Origin: Betaproteobacteria bacterium
Lineage (GTDB): Bacteria > Pseudomonadota > Gammaproteobacteria > Burkholderiales > SG8-39
Assembly: GCA_009693235.1 (NCBI GenBank)
Contig: SHXR01000007.1
Location: 11,916 to 75,915, forward strand
DNA: 64,000 nucleotides
Reading direction: 5' to 3'
The notes below the pieces were generated by a model, which saw only the letters and a program-made list of their open reading frames with translations, made no database searches and was not told the DNA's origin. The position numbers were made by a program, and so were the translations under genes. Positions 1 to 10,268 of the stretch are shown piece by piece. Positions within the stretch are counted from its first letter, which is position 1, and each line of letters opens with the position of its first letter.

Positions 1-111
1 AGAACTGGCCGCAAGATAGCCCGACCAGCGCCGCCATGCATGGCTTTCGCAGAGGACGCTGGTGCGCGGATGGAACGGGGTGGGTTTTAAGATCACTCGA
101 TATTCGGCGGG

Positions 112-1314
112 CTAGCGAAGGCCTTCCCGTTCCGGCGTTGCACTGATCTTATGGATCGAGAGGTCCGCGCCATTGAATTCGTCTTCCTCATCCATCCGCA
201 CCGGCCCGAACAACCCAACCACACGGTAGACGATGAGACCGCCAACGAAGGCGATCGCGATTGCAAGCACCGTCCCGGTCAATTGAGACATGAACGCCAC
301 GCCACCGAGTCCGCCAAGTGCCTTGGCGCCAAAGATGCCGCATGCGAGACCCCCCCAAGCGCCCGCCAAGCCATGCAACGGCCAGACGCCCAATACGTCG
401 TCGATCTTCCAGCGGTTCTGGGTCAGGGTGAAAAGATAAACGAACAGCGCACCGGCGACACCGCCCGTGACGAGAGCACCGAGTGGATGCATGACATCGG
501 AGCCGGCGCACACCGCGACCAATCCGGCAAGCGGACCGTTGTGCACGAAGCCTGGATCGTTGCGACCTGCCACCAGTGCGGCCAGCGTGCCGCCGGCCAT
601 TGCCATCAGCGAATTAAGGGCGACGAGACCGCTGATTTTCGAGATCTCCTGCGCGGACATGACGTTGAAGCCGAACCAACCCACCGACAGCATCCATGCG
701 CCCAGCGCGAGGAACGGAATGCTGGAGGGCGGATGTGCGCTGATGCGACCGTCCTTGCTGTAACGGCCGATGCGCGCGCCAATCGTCAACACCGCCGCCA
801 GACCAATCCAGCCACCCATGGCATGCACGACAATCGACCCGGCGAAATCATGGAACTCCTCGCCGAACAGGCCCTTGATCCACGCTTGCACGCCAAAGCG
901 CTGATTCCATGCAATGCCTTCGAATAACGGATAGATCAACGCCACCAGCAGGAACGAAGCGGCCACCTGCGGCCAAAAACGCGTGCGCTCGGCGATGCCA
1001 CCTGACACGATCGCCGGAATGGCCGCAGCGAACGTCAGCAGGAAAAAGAACTTCACCAGCTCGAAGCCGCTTTTCGCGGTGAGGGTTTCCGCACCATCGA
1101 AGAAACTGATCCCATAGGCGATACTGTAGCCGACGAAGAAATAGGCAATGGTGGAGATGGCGAAATCCACCATGATCTTCACCAGCGCATTGACCTGATT
1201 CTTCGCGCGGACCGTTCCCAATTCAAGGAAAGCAAATCCGCCATGCATGGCGAGCACCATGATGGCGCCCAACAGAATAAACAATACATCGGCGCCGGAT
1301 TTGAGCGCGTCCAT
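112..1314 (-). CDS. amt: ammonium transporter (Amt family)
   Basis: ORF 112..1509(-). The Amt-like sequence starts at an internal Met (MDALKSGADVLFILLGAIMVLAMHGGFAFLELG...). ATG at 1312-1314 is preceded by a GGGGGAG Shine-Dalgarno. Multiple hydrophobic segments; TAG stop. No glnK next to it. Confidence 0.9.
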   Translation of the reverse strand: MDALKSGADVLFILLGAIMVLAMHGGFAFLELGTVRAKNQVNALVKIMVDFAISTIAYFFVGYSIAYGISFFDGAETLTAKSGFELVKFFFLLTFAAAIPAIVSGGIAERTRFWPQVAASFLLVALIYPLFEGIAWNQRFGVQAWIKGLFGEEFHDFAGSIVVHAMGGWIGLAAVLTIGARIGRYSKDGRISAHPPSSIPFLALGAWMLSVGWFGFNVMSAQEISKISGLVALNSLMAMAGGTLAALVAGRNDPGFVHNGPLAGLVAVCAGSDVMHPLGALVTGGVAGALFVYLFTLTQNRWKIDDVLGVWPLHGLAGAWGGLACGIFGAKALGGLGGVAFMSQLTGTVLAIAIAFVGGLIVYRVVGLFGPVRMDEEDEFNGADLSIHKISATPEREGLR

Positions 1315-1526
1315 GACTCCCCCTGGATGGTAATGACCAGCCGGCGCCGTCCAGCCAATCCGGATGGGCCGGCCGCGATTGTAGTCGTCTCGGCGCGATC
1401 GCGACGAACGGATCAAAAGCTGCGCGGATGAGTGCGCTCGGCTACACTCGTCGGGCCGCGTAAAGAACGACCCGGCCGCGCGCCGCCCCATGGCAATAAC
1501 CACCAACAACCACTATCGAGAACCTG

Positions 1527-2891
1527 TTGAGTACAACCTCCAATACGACGGCCAACAAGCCGCAGGCAGTGCTTGAAACGCGCGATGCGATCGGCATCAT
1601 CGTCGGGCTCATCATCGGTTCGGGCATCTTCAAGCTCCCGCAACTGGTGGCGATGAACAGCGCCAACGAGTGGATGTTCTACTTTGTATGGGTTGCAGGC
1701 GGCGTCATATCGCTCGTCGGCGCGCTCTGTTATGCGGAATTGGCGACGGCCTATCCGAGTGTCGGCGGCGACTATCATTTTCTACGCCGCTCGTTTGGTC
1801 GGAGCATCGGGTTTCTCTTTGCCTGGGCACGCCTCACCGTCGTGACCTCCGGATCGGTCGCGATCCTCGCCTTCGTATTCGGCGATTACGCATCCAATCT
1901 GCTCAATCTTGGCTCGCAAAGCTCGGCCATCTACGCGGTGCTCGCGGTGATCGTCTTCACCGCAATCAACCTCTCCGGGATACGCGGCACCAAAGGGACG
2001 CAGAACATCCTCACCATCATCGAAGTGGGCGGGGTCGTCGCCGTGATCGTCACCGGCATTCTCTTATTCGCGGGCGCAGGAACGGCGCCGGCACCGATCC
2101 ACGCCACGGACAATCCGAACCTGTGGGCCGGCATGCCACTTGCGATTCTCTTCGTGCTGTTCACGTTCGGCGGCTGGAATGATGCAGCCTATATTTCAGC
2201 GGAGCTCAAGGAACGGCGCGCGATGGTGCGTGCGCTCATCTGGAGCATCGTCGCCGTGACCGTGCTGTATCTGCTCGTCAATATCGCTTATGTGAAGGCC
2301 CTTGGCTTGGGTGGCATTGCCAAATCGGGCACCCCGGCCGCCGACGTGCTCCGCGCTCTCTTGGGCGAGGGCGGCGCACTCTTCATCAGCGCCATCATCG
2401 CGATCTCGGCGCTCACCTCGATCAACGCGACCATCATCGTCGGCGCGCGCTCCAACTACGCGCTTGGCAGCGACTGGCGGATCTTTCGCTGGCTGGGTCA
2501 ATGGGACAGCGCAAGCGATGCGCCACGCAACGCGCTCATCACGCAAGCCCTCGTGGCATTGGGACTGATCCTTGGCAGCGTGATCACCGGCAAGGGCTTC
2601 CAGACGCTCGTTGAATACACGATGCCGGTATTCTGGTTCTTCGTGATGCTGGTCGGCGTTGGCGTCTTCGTCCTACGTGCGAAAGAACCCGACGTGCCGC
2701 GTCCGTTCAAGGTGCCGCTCTATCCCATCACGCCGATTCTTTTCATCCTCACATGCGCCTATCTGTTGTGGTCGAGTCTCAACTACGTCAAGGGCGGTGC
2801 ATGGTTTGGCGTAGGCGTGATCGCGGTGGGTGCGCTGGTCATGCTGATCGGTAGACGACTGGAAGACGGCGACGCCAACCGTGCAAGCTGA
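1527..2891 (+). CDS. APC-family amino acid permease
   Basis: 454-aa ORF from TTG 1527. Highly hydrophobic throughout. The N-terminal GIIVGLIIGSGIFKLPQLVA motif is typical of amino acid/polyamine/organocation permeases. Confidence 0.85.
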   Translation: MSTTSNTTANKPQAVLETRDAIGIIVGLIIGSGIFKLPQLVAMNSANEWMFYFVWVAGGVISLVGALCYAELATAYPSVGGDYHFLRRSFGRSIGFLFAWARLTVVTSGSVAILAFVFGDYASNLLNLGSQSSAIYAVLAVIVFTAINLSGIRGTKGTQNILTIIEVGGVVAVIVTGILLFAGAGTAPAPIHATDNPNLWAGMPLAILFVLFTFGGWNDAAYISAELKERRAMVRALIWSIVAVTVLYLLVNIAYVKALGLGGIAKSGTPAADVLRALLGEGGALFISAIIAISALTSINATIIVGARSNYALGSDWRIFRWLGQWDSASDAPRNALITQALVALGLILGSVITGKGFQTLVEYTMPVFWFFVMLVGVGVFVLRAKEPDVPRPFKVPLYPITPILFILTCAYLLWSSLNYVKGGAWFGVGVIAVGALVMLIGRRLEDGDANRAS

Positions 2892-3426
2892 TCGACGGTC
2901 CGCCCTCACATCGCTTGCCGCACTCGGGCTCACCGCGTGTGGCGCCTTCGATCGGATTCCGATCCGCCCGCCTGATGCACCTTATGTGACAACGAAAGAA
3001 GAAGTCGTTGAAGCAATGCTCCGGCTTGCCAATGTCGGCCCCGATGACATCGTGTATGACCTCGGTTGCGGCGATGGACGCATTCCGATCATGGCCGCGC
3101 AGAAATTCGGCGCGCACGGGCTCGGTGTGGAGATCGATCCTGCGCTGGTACGGGCCGGGCAAGCCAATGCGCTCCGCGCAGGCGTCACCGACCGGGTCCA
3201 GTTTCGGCTGGAAGATTTATTCAAGACCGATGTGCGGCCCGCCACCGTCGTCGCGCTTTACCTGTTGCCGGAAATGATGGAGAAGCTGCAATTCACGCTC
3301 CGTGCGCAACTGCGTCCCGGCGCACGCGTGGTGTCGCATGAATTTGGCTGGGGCAGCGGCTGGCTACCGGACCGTTCCGAGAAAGTCGGCACCGCAACGA
3401 TTTATCTCTGGCAGGTGCGCAAATAG
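2881..3426 (+). CDS. class I SAM-dependent methyltransferase, probable lipoprotein
   Basis: 181-aa ORF with a GTG start overlapping the upstream stop. Lipobox-like LAALGLTAC. SAM motif I VYDLGCGDGRI followed by GVEID. Confidence 0.75.
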   Translation: MQADRRSALTSLAALGLTACGAFDRIPIRPPDAPYVTTKEEVVEAMLRLANVGPDDIVYDLGCGDGRIPIMAAQKFGAHGLGVEIDPALVRAGQANALRAGVTDRVQFRLEDLFKTDVRPATVVALYLLPEMMEKLQFTLRAQLRPGARVVSHEFGWGSGWLPDRSEKVGTATIYLWQVRK

Positions 3427-3514
3427 CTTTCAACCAACACCCGCACGCGCAGGCGATCGTGCTGATGGGCCTTGTCTTTTCGCGTTGCCTTTTGCTGCCG
3501 TTCAGACGGCATTG

Positions 3515-4264
3515 CTACACCCCCCGCCACCCAGTATCATCCCGATCCAGCAGACGTTTCAACGATTCGAAATGCAGCGTCGATTGCGTCCGATCGGCGT
3601 CCATCTGTTGCACGGTGGCCGCCGCGACGGACGGTTCGATTGGTCGCAATCGCTTGCCGGTGCTCTCGGCCAGCACCTGAGCCATGCACGCACGTTCCAG
3701 GTAATAGAGATCGTCGAACGCATAGGCCACCGATTCACCGGTGACGATGACCCCGTGATTGGCAAGAAAGAGCACTGATGCGTCGCCCAGGCACTTCATC
3801 ATGCGATCGCCCTCCGTATCATCCAGTGCCAGGCCGTTGTACTGATCGTCATAGGCCACCTTGCCGTAGAACTTCATCGCGGTCTGGCTCACCGGTTCAA
3901 GGCGACCCATTTCGAGCAAGGTGAGCGCCGTTGCAAAGGGCATATGCGTGTGCAACACGCAGCGCGCCTTGGCGTTACCCCGGTGAATCCGGGAGTGAAT
4001 GAAGAATGCGGTCGGCTCGACCGTGTGACGCCCGGCAACCACTTTCCCAGCGATATCGACAGTGACGATGTCATCGGGCGTCACTTCGGACCAATGAAAG
4101 CCATGCGGATTGATATAGAAGCGGTCGTCCGTGCCCGGCACGGCCAAGCTGAAATGGTTGCAGACCCCTTCGCCCAGGCCCATTCGCGAGGCGCTACGGA
4201 GTGCGGCGGAAAGATCAATTTTCGCCTGGGTTTGAACGTCGATCGGCATGTTGCGTGCATTCAT
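3515..4264 (-). CDS. class II aldolase/adducin family protein
   Basis: 249-aa ORF with GGAG upstream of ATG 4262-4264. Family-typical stretches FYINPHG, CVLHTHMPFATALT and FLANHGVIVTG. Confidence 0.85.
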   Translation of the reverse strand: MNARNMPIDVQTQAKIDLSAALRSASRMGLGEGVCNHFSLAVPGTDDRFYINPHGFHWSEVTPDDIVTVDIAGKVVAGRHTVEPTAFFIHSRIHRGNAKARCVLHTHMPFATALTLLEMGRLEPVSQTAMKFYGKVAYDDQYNGLALDDTEGDRMMKCLGDASVLFLANHGVIVTGESVAYAFDDLYYLERACMAQVLAESTGKRLRPIEPSVAAATVQQMDADRTQSTLHFESLKRLLDRDDTGWRGV

Positions 4265-4300
4265 CTCTCATGGCTCCAGTCAGTGTTAAGGAGTCGCTAA

Positions 4301-4341
4301 TTAAAGAATCACTGAACAAGGGGCTCGCCCCCCCTTGTTCG
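4301..4341 (-). repeat. dual-hairpin repeat, partial copy (G5/C5 hairpin half)
   Basis: ttaaagaatcactgaacaaggggctcgccccccttgttcg aligns to the first 40 nt of copy C. Confidence 0.7.
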
Positions 4342-4342
4342 A

Positions 4343-5140
4343 TTATGGAGCGATGGTGAGATAAGCCGCGGTATGCGGATTGAACCGCAGCAAATCCTTG
4401 AGGGATGCTTTCATCGGCAGGCCGTAGCGCTTCTCCAGAAGCGCAGCCTCCCGGGTGATGGATTCAATCGACATGCGGGAAATAGACGTTTTGATTGCAA
4501 ACACAATGCGATTCACGCGATCACCGGTCGGCAACACGACCAGACGGCGGTTGAAGGTCTTCGACAGTCGATCAAAATACGTATCAAAGTGCGGTTCGTC
4601 CGCCATGAAATTCATGACGAACACCCCGTTTGGTCGCAGCGCCGCACCGCATGCATCAAAGAAATCCTGGGTGCAGAGCGCGCTCACCGTATCGCCGTCA
4701 TCGAACGCATCGTGAAACAGCACATCCGCGCACTCCGTATGGCGGGGCACGAACGACGCGCCATCCTCCGCAACCACGGTGAGGCGCTCGTCGTCTGCGG
4801 GTAACCCGAAATACTGTCTGGCGATCGCAATGACTTTCGGATTGATTTCGACGGCGGTGATGCGGGTGCGTTCAAAATGATGATGCAGAAAGCGGGCAAT
4901 GGAGCCGCCGCCCAAACCTATCATCAGGACATCCCGCGGCGCCGCTTGAAATAACAGAAACGTCATCATGGCGCGCGTATAGGAAAGCTCCAGACACTTC
5001 GGATCGGCGATGCGCATGGAGCTCTGAATAGCATCCCCGCCGAGGTGCAAGGAACGCACGCCGTCCATTTCACTTACTTCGACGTTTGGCAGACGCTGAA
5101 TCCAGCGCTTCAGTTTCTTTAGCGGGCTTGCAGATGGCAT
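4343..5140 (-). CDS. spermidine synthase-like (polyamine aminopropyltransferase fold) methyltransferase
   Basis: 265-aa ORF. Contains VLMIGLGGGSIARFL (motif I), ITAVEINPKVIAIAR and the acidic DAFD loop typical of spermine/spermidine synthase-like proteins. Confidence 0.7.
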   Translation of the reverse strand: MPSASPLKKLKRWIQRLPNVEVSEMDGVRSLHLGGDAIQSSMRIADPKCLELSYTRAMMTFLLFQAAPRDVLMIGLGGGSIARFLHHHFERTRITAVEINPKVIAIARQYFGLPADDERLTVVAEDGASFVPRHTECADVLFHDAFDDGDTVSALCTQDFFDACGAALRPNGVFVMNFMADEPHFDTYFDRLSKTFNRRLVVLPTGDRVNRIVFAIKTSISRMSIESITREAALLEKRYGLPMKASLKDLLRFNPHTAAYLTIAP

Positions 5141-5221
5141 ACCGGTAAGATAGCAGGGACTAAATGATTAAGAGCAAGCGACGAAGTATGCAATGCTTCA
5201 AGCGGTGTGCGCTAGTCTTGG

Positions 5222-5255
5222 ATTGAAGTTGCGGCGCGCGATCACTTAATCAGCG
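5222..5255 (-). repeat. dual-hairpin repeat, partial copy (hairpin-1 half)
   Basis: attgaagttgcggcgcgcgatcacttaatcagcgtttcccgaag aligns to the last ~40 nt of copy C. It ends 18 nt before the Bug pseudogene ATG. Confidence 0.65.
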
Positions 5256-5273
5256 TTTCCCGAAGGAGCCGTC

Positions 5274-6243
5274 ATGCAGCGCATTGCACACATTGTCTTC
5301 TCGGTTATCGCCACCTTAGCGGCGCCCACGTTGTTTGCGCAGTCAGCGTTTCCGAACCGGCCGCTCCGCATCATCGTGCCGCTTGCCGCCGGGGCACTAT
5401 CGACATTATCGCGCGTTCCGTCGCGCAGGCGCTCGGTGAACGGCTGGGACAGCCCGTATTGGTCGAGAATAGACCGAGTGCGAGCGCTCTGGTCGGCACG
5501 CAATTCGTCGCGCGCGCACCCGCTGACGGCTACACCCTGCTGGCGACCGCCAACACCTATGCCTCGGCGCCGGCGATCGTCACATCGCCCGGCTACGATC
5601 CCTATAAGGATTTTGTAGGCATCACCATGACATGTCGCATTCCGATGGCACTGGTGGTACATCCGGGTTCGCCGGTTCGATCGGTGCGCGAACTGATCGC
5701 TCTCGCCAAATCAAAAGAAGGGCGCTGAGTTACGGGTCGTCGGGCAACGGCTCGACCGCGCATATCGCGGCAGAACTCTTCAACCGGCAAGCCGGCGTGA
5801 AAATGCTGCATGTGCCGTACAAGGGCAACGCGCCGGCCCTCACGGATCTGATTGGCGGACAGATCACGATGCTCTTCGATCAGATCAGCACCTCATCGCC
5901 GCACATTCGTTCCGGCAAGGTGCGGGCCCTCGCCGTGACAACGCTTGCGCGCGCGGCCATCCTGCCTGATGTGCCGACGATCGATGAATCCGGACTGCCG
6001 GGGTTCGAAGACGTGACCTTCAATGGCATCGTGGCGCCGGCCGGCACGCCAAGCGCGATCGTCGATCGCCTGTACGCCGAAATTACCGCTGTGCTCGCGA
6101 TGCCCGAATTGAAGAAGCGCCATGGCGATCAAGGTATTGAGCTCATCGCCAGCCGATCCCCGCAGACATTCACCGAGTATCTGCATGCCGAAACACGCAA
6201 ATACGCAGCCCTTGCAAAAGAAGCCGGGATCAAGGCGGATTAA
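5274..6243 (+). pseudogene. Bug/TctC-family tripartite tricarboxylate transporter substrate-binding protein, two frameshifts
   Basis: Three ORF pieces in three frames (5274..5618, 5459..5728, 5632..6243) together spell one Bug protein: signal peptide ...AQSAFPNRPLRIIVPLAAG, then [28 protein letters not shown]..., then ...LSYGSSGNGSTAHIAAELF...KEAGIKAD. Frame switches lie at G-runs 5391-5394 and 5720-5722. Confidence 0.85.
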
Positions 6244-6323
6244 AATTTCGCGCGACGATGAACCGTCAAGATAACCGTGGGGTGGCACAGCACAGCGCAT
6301 TCCACCGCGATGGGCAGCATCAT

Positions 6324-6362
6324 CCAAGGAAACGCTGATCAAGCGATCCTGCGGAATACGCT
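6324..6362 (+). repeat. dual-hairpin repeat, partial copy (hairpin-1 half)
   Basis: ccaaggaaacgctgatcaagcgatcctgcggaatacgct aligns to the first 40 nt of copy A. It lies 39 nt upstream of the Ldh-family gene start. Confidence 0.7.
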
Positions 6363-6400
6363 TTGCTATCCCGCCCTACGTTCCAACCAGGACAGAATCC

Positions 6401-7495
6401 ATGCGCAACGTTCCTGCTGAACTTCTCCGCAAGCAAATCCAATCGGTGCTCACCGCCTGGGGCATGGACTCTGCGCTGGTTCGAACCACCGCCGATGTGA
6501 TGATCGAGACCGATCTTGCCGGAGTCGAGTCGCACGGCGTATCGATGCTGTGGGAATACGATCAATGGCGGCGGCGAGGCAAAGTCAATCTGCATGCGCG
6601 GTGCAAGATCGTACGGGAGAACGCGGTCACCGCATTAGTGGATGCCGATGCGGGACTCGGACATCCGGCCGCTGTCTACGGCATGCAATTGGCCATCGAG
6701 AAGGCGCGGGGGCTGGGGGTAGGGGTCGTGTCGGTGTTCAACTCGCATCATTTCGGCGCGGCCGGCTACTACGCACGCCTCGCTGCTGAGGCGGGAATGA
6801 TCGGACTGATCACCAGCGCAACGCGGACGATTGGCGTCGTGCCCACCCGTGCGAAGCTGCCGCTGCTTGGCACCAATCCGATCGCGTTTGCCGCCCCTGC
6901 CCGTCGCAATCGCCCGTTCGTCCTCGATATGGCCACCTCGACCGTCGCAGCCAACAAGGTACGCATCTACGACATGAAAGGTAAAGCGTTGCCACCCGGC
7001 TGGGTCGTCGATGAACGTGGTGAAGCCGTCCGTGACGCAGCGACCGGTATGGACATCGTGTTCCGGCGCGCAAAAGATCTAGGTGGCGGCCTCGCACCCC
7101 TTGGCGGCACCGCCGACATGGCCAGCCACAAAGGTTACGGCCTGGCGATGCTCGCGCATATTCTGGGTGGCACGTTGTCGGGCGGCTCGTTCTCACCGAT
7201 TCGCGTGAAGACGCAAAAGCCTGGCGATCCCGACAACATCGGCCATTTTTTCATGGCGCTGGATCCGCAAACGTTTCGGTCGGGTGGCGCATTCGAGGAC
7301 GATCTCGATTCGGCAATCGATGTGCTGCATCAGACGCCGCCTGCGAATCCAGCAGAGCCGGTGCTGGTGGCCGGTGACCCGGAGGCCACCACGCGCACCG
7401 AGCGCCTCGCGAACGGCATTCCGATCGCCGCTGCGCTGGCCACAAAAATACGGGAAGTGTGCGAGCAAAGCGGCGTGCCTTTCATCTTGGCGTAG
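6401..7495 (+). CDS. Ldh family (malate/L-lactate dehydrogenase type 2) oxidoreductase
   Basis: 364-aa ORF. Ldh_2-type sequence (ETDLAGVESHGVSMLWEY..., FNSHHFGAAGYYA, LGTNPIAFAAP, HKGYGLAML). Confidence 0.85.
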   Translation: MRNVPAELLRKQIQSVLTAWGMDSALVRTTADVMIETDLAGVESHGVSMLWEYDQWRRRGKVNLHARCKIVRENAVTALVDADAGLGHPAAVYGMQLAIEKARGLGVGVVSVFNSHHFGAAGYYARLAAEAGMIGLITSATRTIGVVPTRAKLPLLGTNPIAFAAPARRNRPFVLDMATSTVAANKVRIYDMKGKALPPGWVVDERGEAVRDAATGMDIVFRRAKDLGGGLAPLGGTADMASHKGYGLAMLAHILGGTLSGGSFSPIRVKTQKPGDPDNIGHFFMALDPQTFRSGGAFEDDLDSAIDVLHQTPPANPAEPVLVAGDPEATTRTERLANGIPIAAALATKIREVCEQSGVPFILA

Positions 7496-7561
7496 CGAGC
7501 ACCGCCATTCAAGCCCTTGCGTTACGATGCTGATTCGATCCCGATTGACATAGGACAGCCA

Positions 7562-8046
7562 ATGACAAAGCTCACGATCAACGGTAGAACGCGCGATGTG
7601 CAGGTGGAGTCGGACACCCGCTCTTGTGGGTGATCCGCGAACAAATCGGCCTCACCGGCACCAAGTTCGGCTGCGGCGTAGCGCTATGCGGTGCCTGTTC
7701 GGTGCATCTCAATGGGGAGGTCGTGCGCTCGTGTTCGATTCCGATAGCGAACATCAAGGCAACCGATCGCATCGTCACCATTGAAGGCTTGTCGCCAGCG
7801 AGCTCGCATCCGGTCCAAAAGGCGCGGGCGGATCTCGATGTGCCGCAGTGCGGCTATTGCCAGTCCGGCCAGATCATGGCGGCCGCCGCGCTGCTCAGAA
7901 AAAAGCCCACGCCCACCGATCAGGACATCGATGAGGCCATGACTAACATCTGCCGCTGCGGCACCTATCAGAGCATTCGCGCCGCGGTGCATCGCGCTGC
8001 GCAGGCGACCGCCGCTCCTGCGGCACCACGCAAACCGGCCGCGTAG
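7562..8046 (+). pseudogene. [2Fe-2S]-binding small subunit of a molybdenum hydroxylase (IorA-like), 5' frameshift
   Basis: ATG 7562 gives [19 protein letters not shown] and then TGA. The rest ([32 protein letters not shown]...[10 protein letters not shown]...CRCGTY) continues in another frame. The switch is at C-run 7617-7619. TTG 7624 could still give an N-terminally truncated product. Confidence 0.65.
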
Positions 8047-8057
8047 AGGGGCACATC

Positions 8058-10262
8058 ATGAAAAAATTATCCCGGCAAGCGCTCATCAACGATTCGCGCC
8101 GCCAATTTCTCGTCGGCTCAGCCGCTGTTGCAGGCGGCGGTCTGGCGGTCGGCCTGCCATTTGGATGGGGCGACACACAAGCGCAAAGTGCGGCCGGTGC
8201 GTCGCCGCTAGAGGTCAACGCATGGGTCGTGATCAAACCGGACGACAATTGCGTCATTCGCATTGCACGCTCGGAAATGGGCCAGGGCACCCGCACCGGC
8301 CTCGCCCAACTCGTCGCCGAAGAGCTCGAATGCGACTGGAAAAAGGTGCCGACGGAATACCCGACGCCCGGCGAAAGTCATGCCCGCAAGCGCGTATGGG
8401 GGGAATTCTCCACCGGCGGCAGTCGCGGCATCCGCATCTCGCATGATTACGTGCGCCGTGGTGGTGCCGCAGCCCGGATCATACTGATCCAAGCAGCAGC
8501 CAGTCAATGGAAGGTCCCTGCCGATCAGTTGACGGTATCGAATGGCGTCATCACCCACGCCGCTTCCAAGCGCAGCACGACGTACGGCAAAGTCGCCGCC
8601 GCCGCGGCAAAGCTCACGCCGCCCGATCCGGCCTCGATCACGCTGCGCGATCCCAAGCTCTGGAAGGTCGCCGGCAAGCCGCTCAAGCGCCTCGACACCG
8701 CGGGCAAGGTAAACGGCTCGCAGATGTATTCAATCGATCTCAAATTGCCCGGCATGTTGCACGCCGCCGTCAAGGATTGTCCGGTGTTCGGTGGCACGCT
8801 CAAGAGCTTCGACGCGGCCAAGATCGCCGGTCGCCCGGGCGTGCAACGCGTGTTCGCCATCAAGAATCGCACCGTCGTGGTGGTGGCAGACACTTGGTGG
8901 CATGCGAAGTCGGCCCTCGATGCCCTGCCGATCGAATGGGATGGCGGTTCGAACGCGACGCGATCGAGCGCGACCATCGACGCTCACTTAAAGGAAGGTC
9001 TCACCGCAGCCGAGGCCTACGCCGGTCGTGACGAAGGCAACACCTTGAAGGCCATCGAAGGCGCAGCGAAAAAGATCGAGGCGGTCTATAGCACACCGTT
9101 CCTGGCCCATGTCTGCATGGAACCGATGAATTGCACGGCGCGGGTGAGCGCGGATCGCGCGGAAGTGCGGGTTCCGACGCAAAACGGCGAAGCATCGCAC
9201 GCTGCGATGTCGGAAGAATCCGGTTTGCCGCTCGATAAATGCGAGGTCTACAAACAGGACCTCGATGGCGGCTTCGGGCGGCGTGGCGGCAATCAGGATT
9301 TCACGCGCATGGCCATCGCCATCGCCAAGGAGTTTCCCGGCACTCCGATCAAGATGATCTGGAGTCGCGAGGAAGATATCGCGCATGATTTTTATCGGCC
9401 GGTTTCGCAGTGTCGCCTGGCCGCTGGGCTCGATGAGTCAGACAAGCTGGTCGGGTTGCATCTGCGCGTATCGGGCCAATCGATCAACGCGTTTCAAAAT
9501 CCTGCGCTCATCAAAGACGGCAAGGATGATCGCCAGCTGCAGGGCTATTGGGCCAAACCGGGCGATGCGCAACTTGGCTATAGCGTGCCCAATCTGCTCA
9601 TTGAATATGCGATGCGAAATTCGCATGTACCGGTGGGAACCTGGCGCGGGGTCAATACCAATCAAAACGGCGTGTACATGGAATGCTTCATGGACGAGAT
9701 CGCCCGCGCTGCCGGCAAGGATCCGCTGGAATTCCGGCGCGCCCTAATGCAAAGCCATCCGAAGCATCTGGCCGTGCTCAATGCCGCCGCCGAACGGGCC
9801 GGGTGGGGCAAGCCGTTGCCTGTGGGTGTGCATCGCGGCATCGCGCAGTTCATGGGGTATGGCAGCTACTCCGCCACGGTGGCCGAAGTATCGGTGAGCC
9901 CGCAAGGTGCGGTGAAAGTCCACCGGATGGTGTTCGCGCTTGACTACGGCCATGCGGTGAATCCGGACCAGATCGCGGCGCAGGTCGAAGGCTCGGCGGC
10001 CTACGGGCTGAGTGCCACGTTCCATGAGGAGATCATCATCAAAGACGGCCGCGTCGAGACGGCCAACTTCCACAACTACCCGGTAATGCGCCTGGCCGAG
10101 ATGCCCAAAGTGGAAACGGTGATCGTGCCGTCATTCGACTTTTGGGGCGGCGTGGGCGAACCGACGATTTGCGTCGTCGGTCCGGCGGTGCTTAACGCGA
10201 TCTACGCGGCCACCGGCAAGCCAGTGCGAAGCTTGCCGGTGCGCAATGTAAAGCTGGTTTAG
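8058..10262 (+). CDS. molybdopterin-dependent oxidoreductase large subunit (isoquinoline 1-oxidoreductase beta / aldehyde oxidase family)
   Basis: 734-aa ORF 11 nt after the 2Fe-2S subunit. Twin-arginine signal SRRQFLVGSAAVAGGGLAV. Family-typical IARSEMGQGTRTGLAQLVAEEL and GVGEPT stretches. Confidence 0.85.
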   Translation: MKKLSRQALINDSRRQFLVGSAAVAGGGLAVGLPFGWGDTQAQSAAGASPLEVNAWVVIKPDDNCVIRIARSEMGQGTRTGLAQLVAEELECDWKKVPTEYPTPGESHARKRVWGEFSTGGSRGIRISHDYVRRGGAAARIILIQAAASQWKVPADQLTVSNGVITHAASKRSTTYGKVAAAAAKLTPPDPASITLRDPKLWKVAGKPLKRLDTAGKVNGSQMYSIDLKLPGMLHAAVKDCPVFGGTLKSFDAAKIAGRPGVQRVFAIKNRTVVVVADTWWHAKSALDALPIEWDGGSNATRSSATIDAHLKEGLTAAEAYAGRDEGNTLKAIEGAAKKIEAVYSTPFLAHVCMEPMNCTARVSADRAEVRVPTQNGEASHAAMSEESGLPLDKCEVYKQDLDGGFGRRGGNQDFTRMAIAIAKEFPGTPIKMIWSREEDIAHDFYRPVSQCRLAAGLDESDKLVGLHLRVSGQSINAFQNPALIKDGKDDRQLQGYWAKPGDAQLGYSVPNLLIEYAMRNSHVPVGTWRGVNTNQNGVYMECFMDEIARAAGKDPLEFRRALMQSHPKHLAVLNAAAERAGWGKPLPVGVHRGIAQFMGYGSYSATVAEVSVSPQGAVKVHRMVFALDYGHAVNPDQIAAQVEGSAAYGLSATFHEEIIIKDGRVETANFHNYPVMRLAEMPKVETVIVPSFDFWGGVGEPTICVVGPAVLNAIYAATGKPVRSLPVRNVKLV

Positions 10263-10268
10263 CGAACC

